This document shows positions 63,141 to 64,000 of a stretch of DNA of 64,000 bases, one piece after another; positions within the stretch are counted from its first letter, which is position 1, and each line of letters begins with the position of its first letter. The notes under the pieces are model-generated. The model worked only from the letters and a program-made list of their open reading frames with translations, did not search any database and was not told the origin of the DNA. The translations under genes and the position numbers were made by a program. The stretch comes from Macrostomum lignano (Eukaryota), in the NCBI GenBank assembly GCA_002269645.1, contig NIVC01001185.1, forward strand, positions 248,001 through 312,000, written 5' to 3'.

Positions 63141-64000
63141 TCATGAAATTCTCCTCCCCATCAGCAGTGGAGTTCGCTCCGTGTCCCTCTTCGTCCACAC
63201 CTTCACCAGCACCCAGTCGCCCTCGCCTGGGCTAGCAACTTTCCTAGCAACCGACGAGAGGTTGTTCATCTCGCAGTTCACGTTGCAACCGCTGCTTGAA
63301 GCTTTCGGTTCTGAATTCAACATTGTCGCCTGACTGTTGCTTTCACTGATATCCTGATCTCGGAGATTGCCGGCTTCGAGTAGAAGTTTTTCTAGCACGT
63401 TCTCTTGCGTGATGATGCCTCGAACTCCGTTCGGTGATGTCGGGTCGCTGTCAAGGACAACGGCCATTTGACCTGGCGAAATGGGAATAATGGTGGCCTG
63501 CTTTTCATGACGAGTGAATTTTCTTAATTTAGCTTCACTCAGGGACAACTACAAAAGTTTTACTTCTAGTTGTCCCTGGCTTCACTATGTCTGAAGAATA
63601 GCTAAAGTGATTGGGTTGAAATAGTAATTTTCAAGTATGCAAGAGGAGCTCAGTAAGCTGACATAGGACTAAAAATTATCTGATAAGGGAACGCTCTGGT
63701 TCACTCTGGTTCACTCTGGTTCACTCTGGTTCACTCTGGTTCACTCTGGTTCACTCTGGTTCACTCTGGTTCACTCTGGTTCACTCTGGTTCACTCTGGT
63801 TCACTCTGGTTCACTCTGGTTCACTCTGGTTCGATCCGGTTAACCAATAAATCAATAAATGCACTCAACTCTTTCCCTGTCGAAAAATTCTCAACAAATC
63901 GTATAGCTGAGCGCTGCTCTTCACGAACGGCATCTCCCGGAAGCACTTCCTGTTGGTCATGAGCTCCTGCACCGATGGGCTGGCGGGCGACTCAAACAGC
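63141..64000 (-). CDS. 3' part of a CBS-domain protein, CNNM/DUF21 metal-transporter-like (gene continues beyond the window)
   Basis: Exon from the window end to ~63870 ends MPFVKSSAQLYDLLRIFRQGK and joins in phase 1 to exon 63472-63141 SQMAVVLD...VRGIITQENVLEKLL. This matches the CNNM CBS2 pattern FKKGKSHLAIV...GIVTLEDVIEE. The donor GTTGAG is weak. Confidence 0.65.
63695..63830. repeat. 10-bp minisatellite (GGTTCACTCT)n
   Basis: About 13 perfect copies in the CBS gene intron. Confidence 0.98.

Overview
Eukaryotic (animal) genomic DNA with GC-rich spliced exons in AT-rich introns loaded with mini- and microsatellites. The overall style suggests an invertebrate, possibly a free-living flatworm such as Macrostomum; this is inference only. 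Gene models I built by hand from GT-AG sites and phase checks are: an FAAH-like amidase; a CCHamide/bombesin-type class A GPCR; a DxD (GT32-like) glycosyltransferase; a signal-peptide SUEL (rhamnose/galactose-binding) lectin; a carotenoid-cleavage oxygenase with an apparent signal peptide; a DEG/ENaC channel; a second SUEL lectin exon; a class A GPCR exon; two paralogous PAN + C-type lectin genes; and the 3' end of a CBS-domain (CNNM-like) gene. Mobile DNA includes a deleted Ty3/Gypsy relic, a 5'-truncated Penelope-like element with inverted pseudo-LTRs and a hammerhead ribozyme, a perfect-TSD hAT MITE nested in it, other MITEs, an RNase H-bearing LINE, tRNA-derived SINE heads and a 6.6 kb satellite with higher-order structure. 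Two architectures stand out. First, a DEG/ENaC subunit whose ectodomain appears to carry kringle-like and WSC modules. Second, 2.9 kb away and divergently oriented, a SUEL lectin exon that splices in frame onto a rhodopsin-class 7TM exon. All exon joins are predictions and need transcript evidence.
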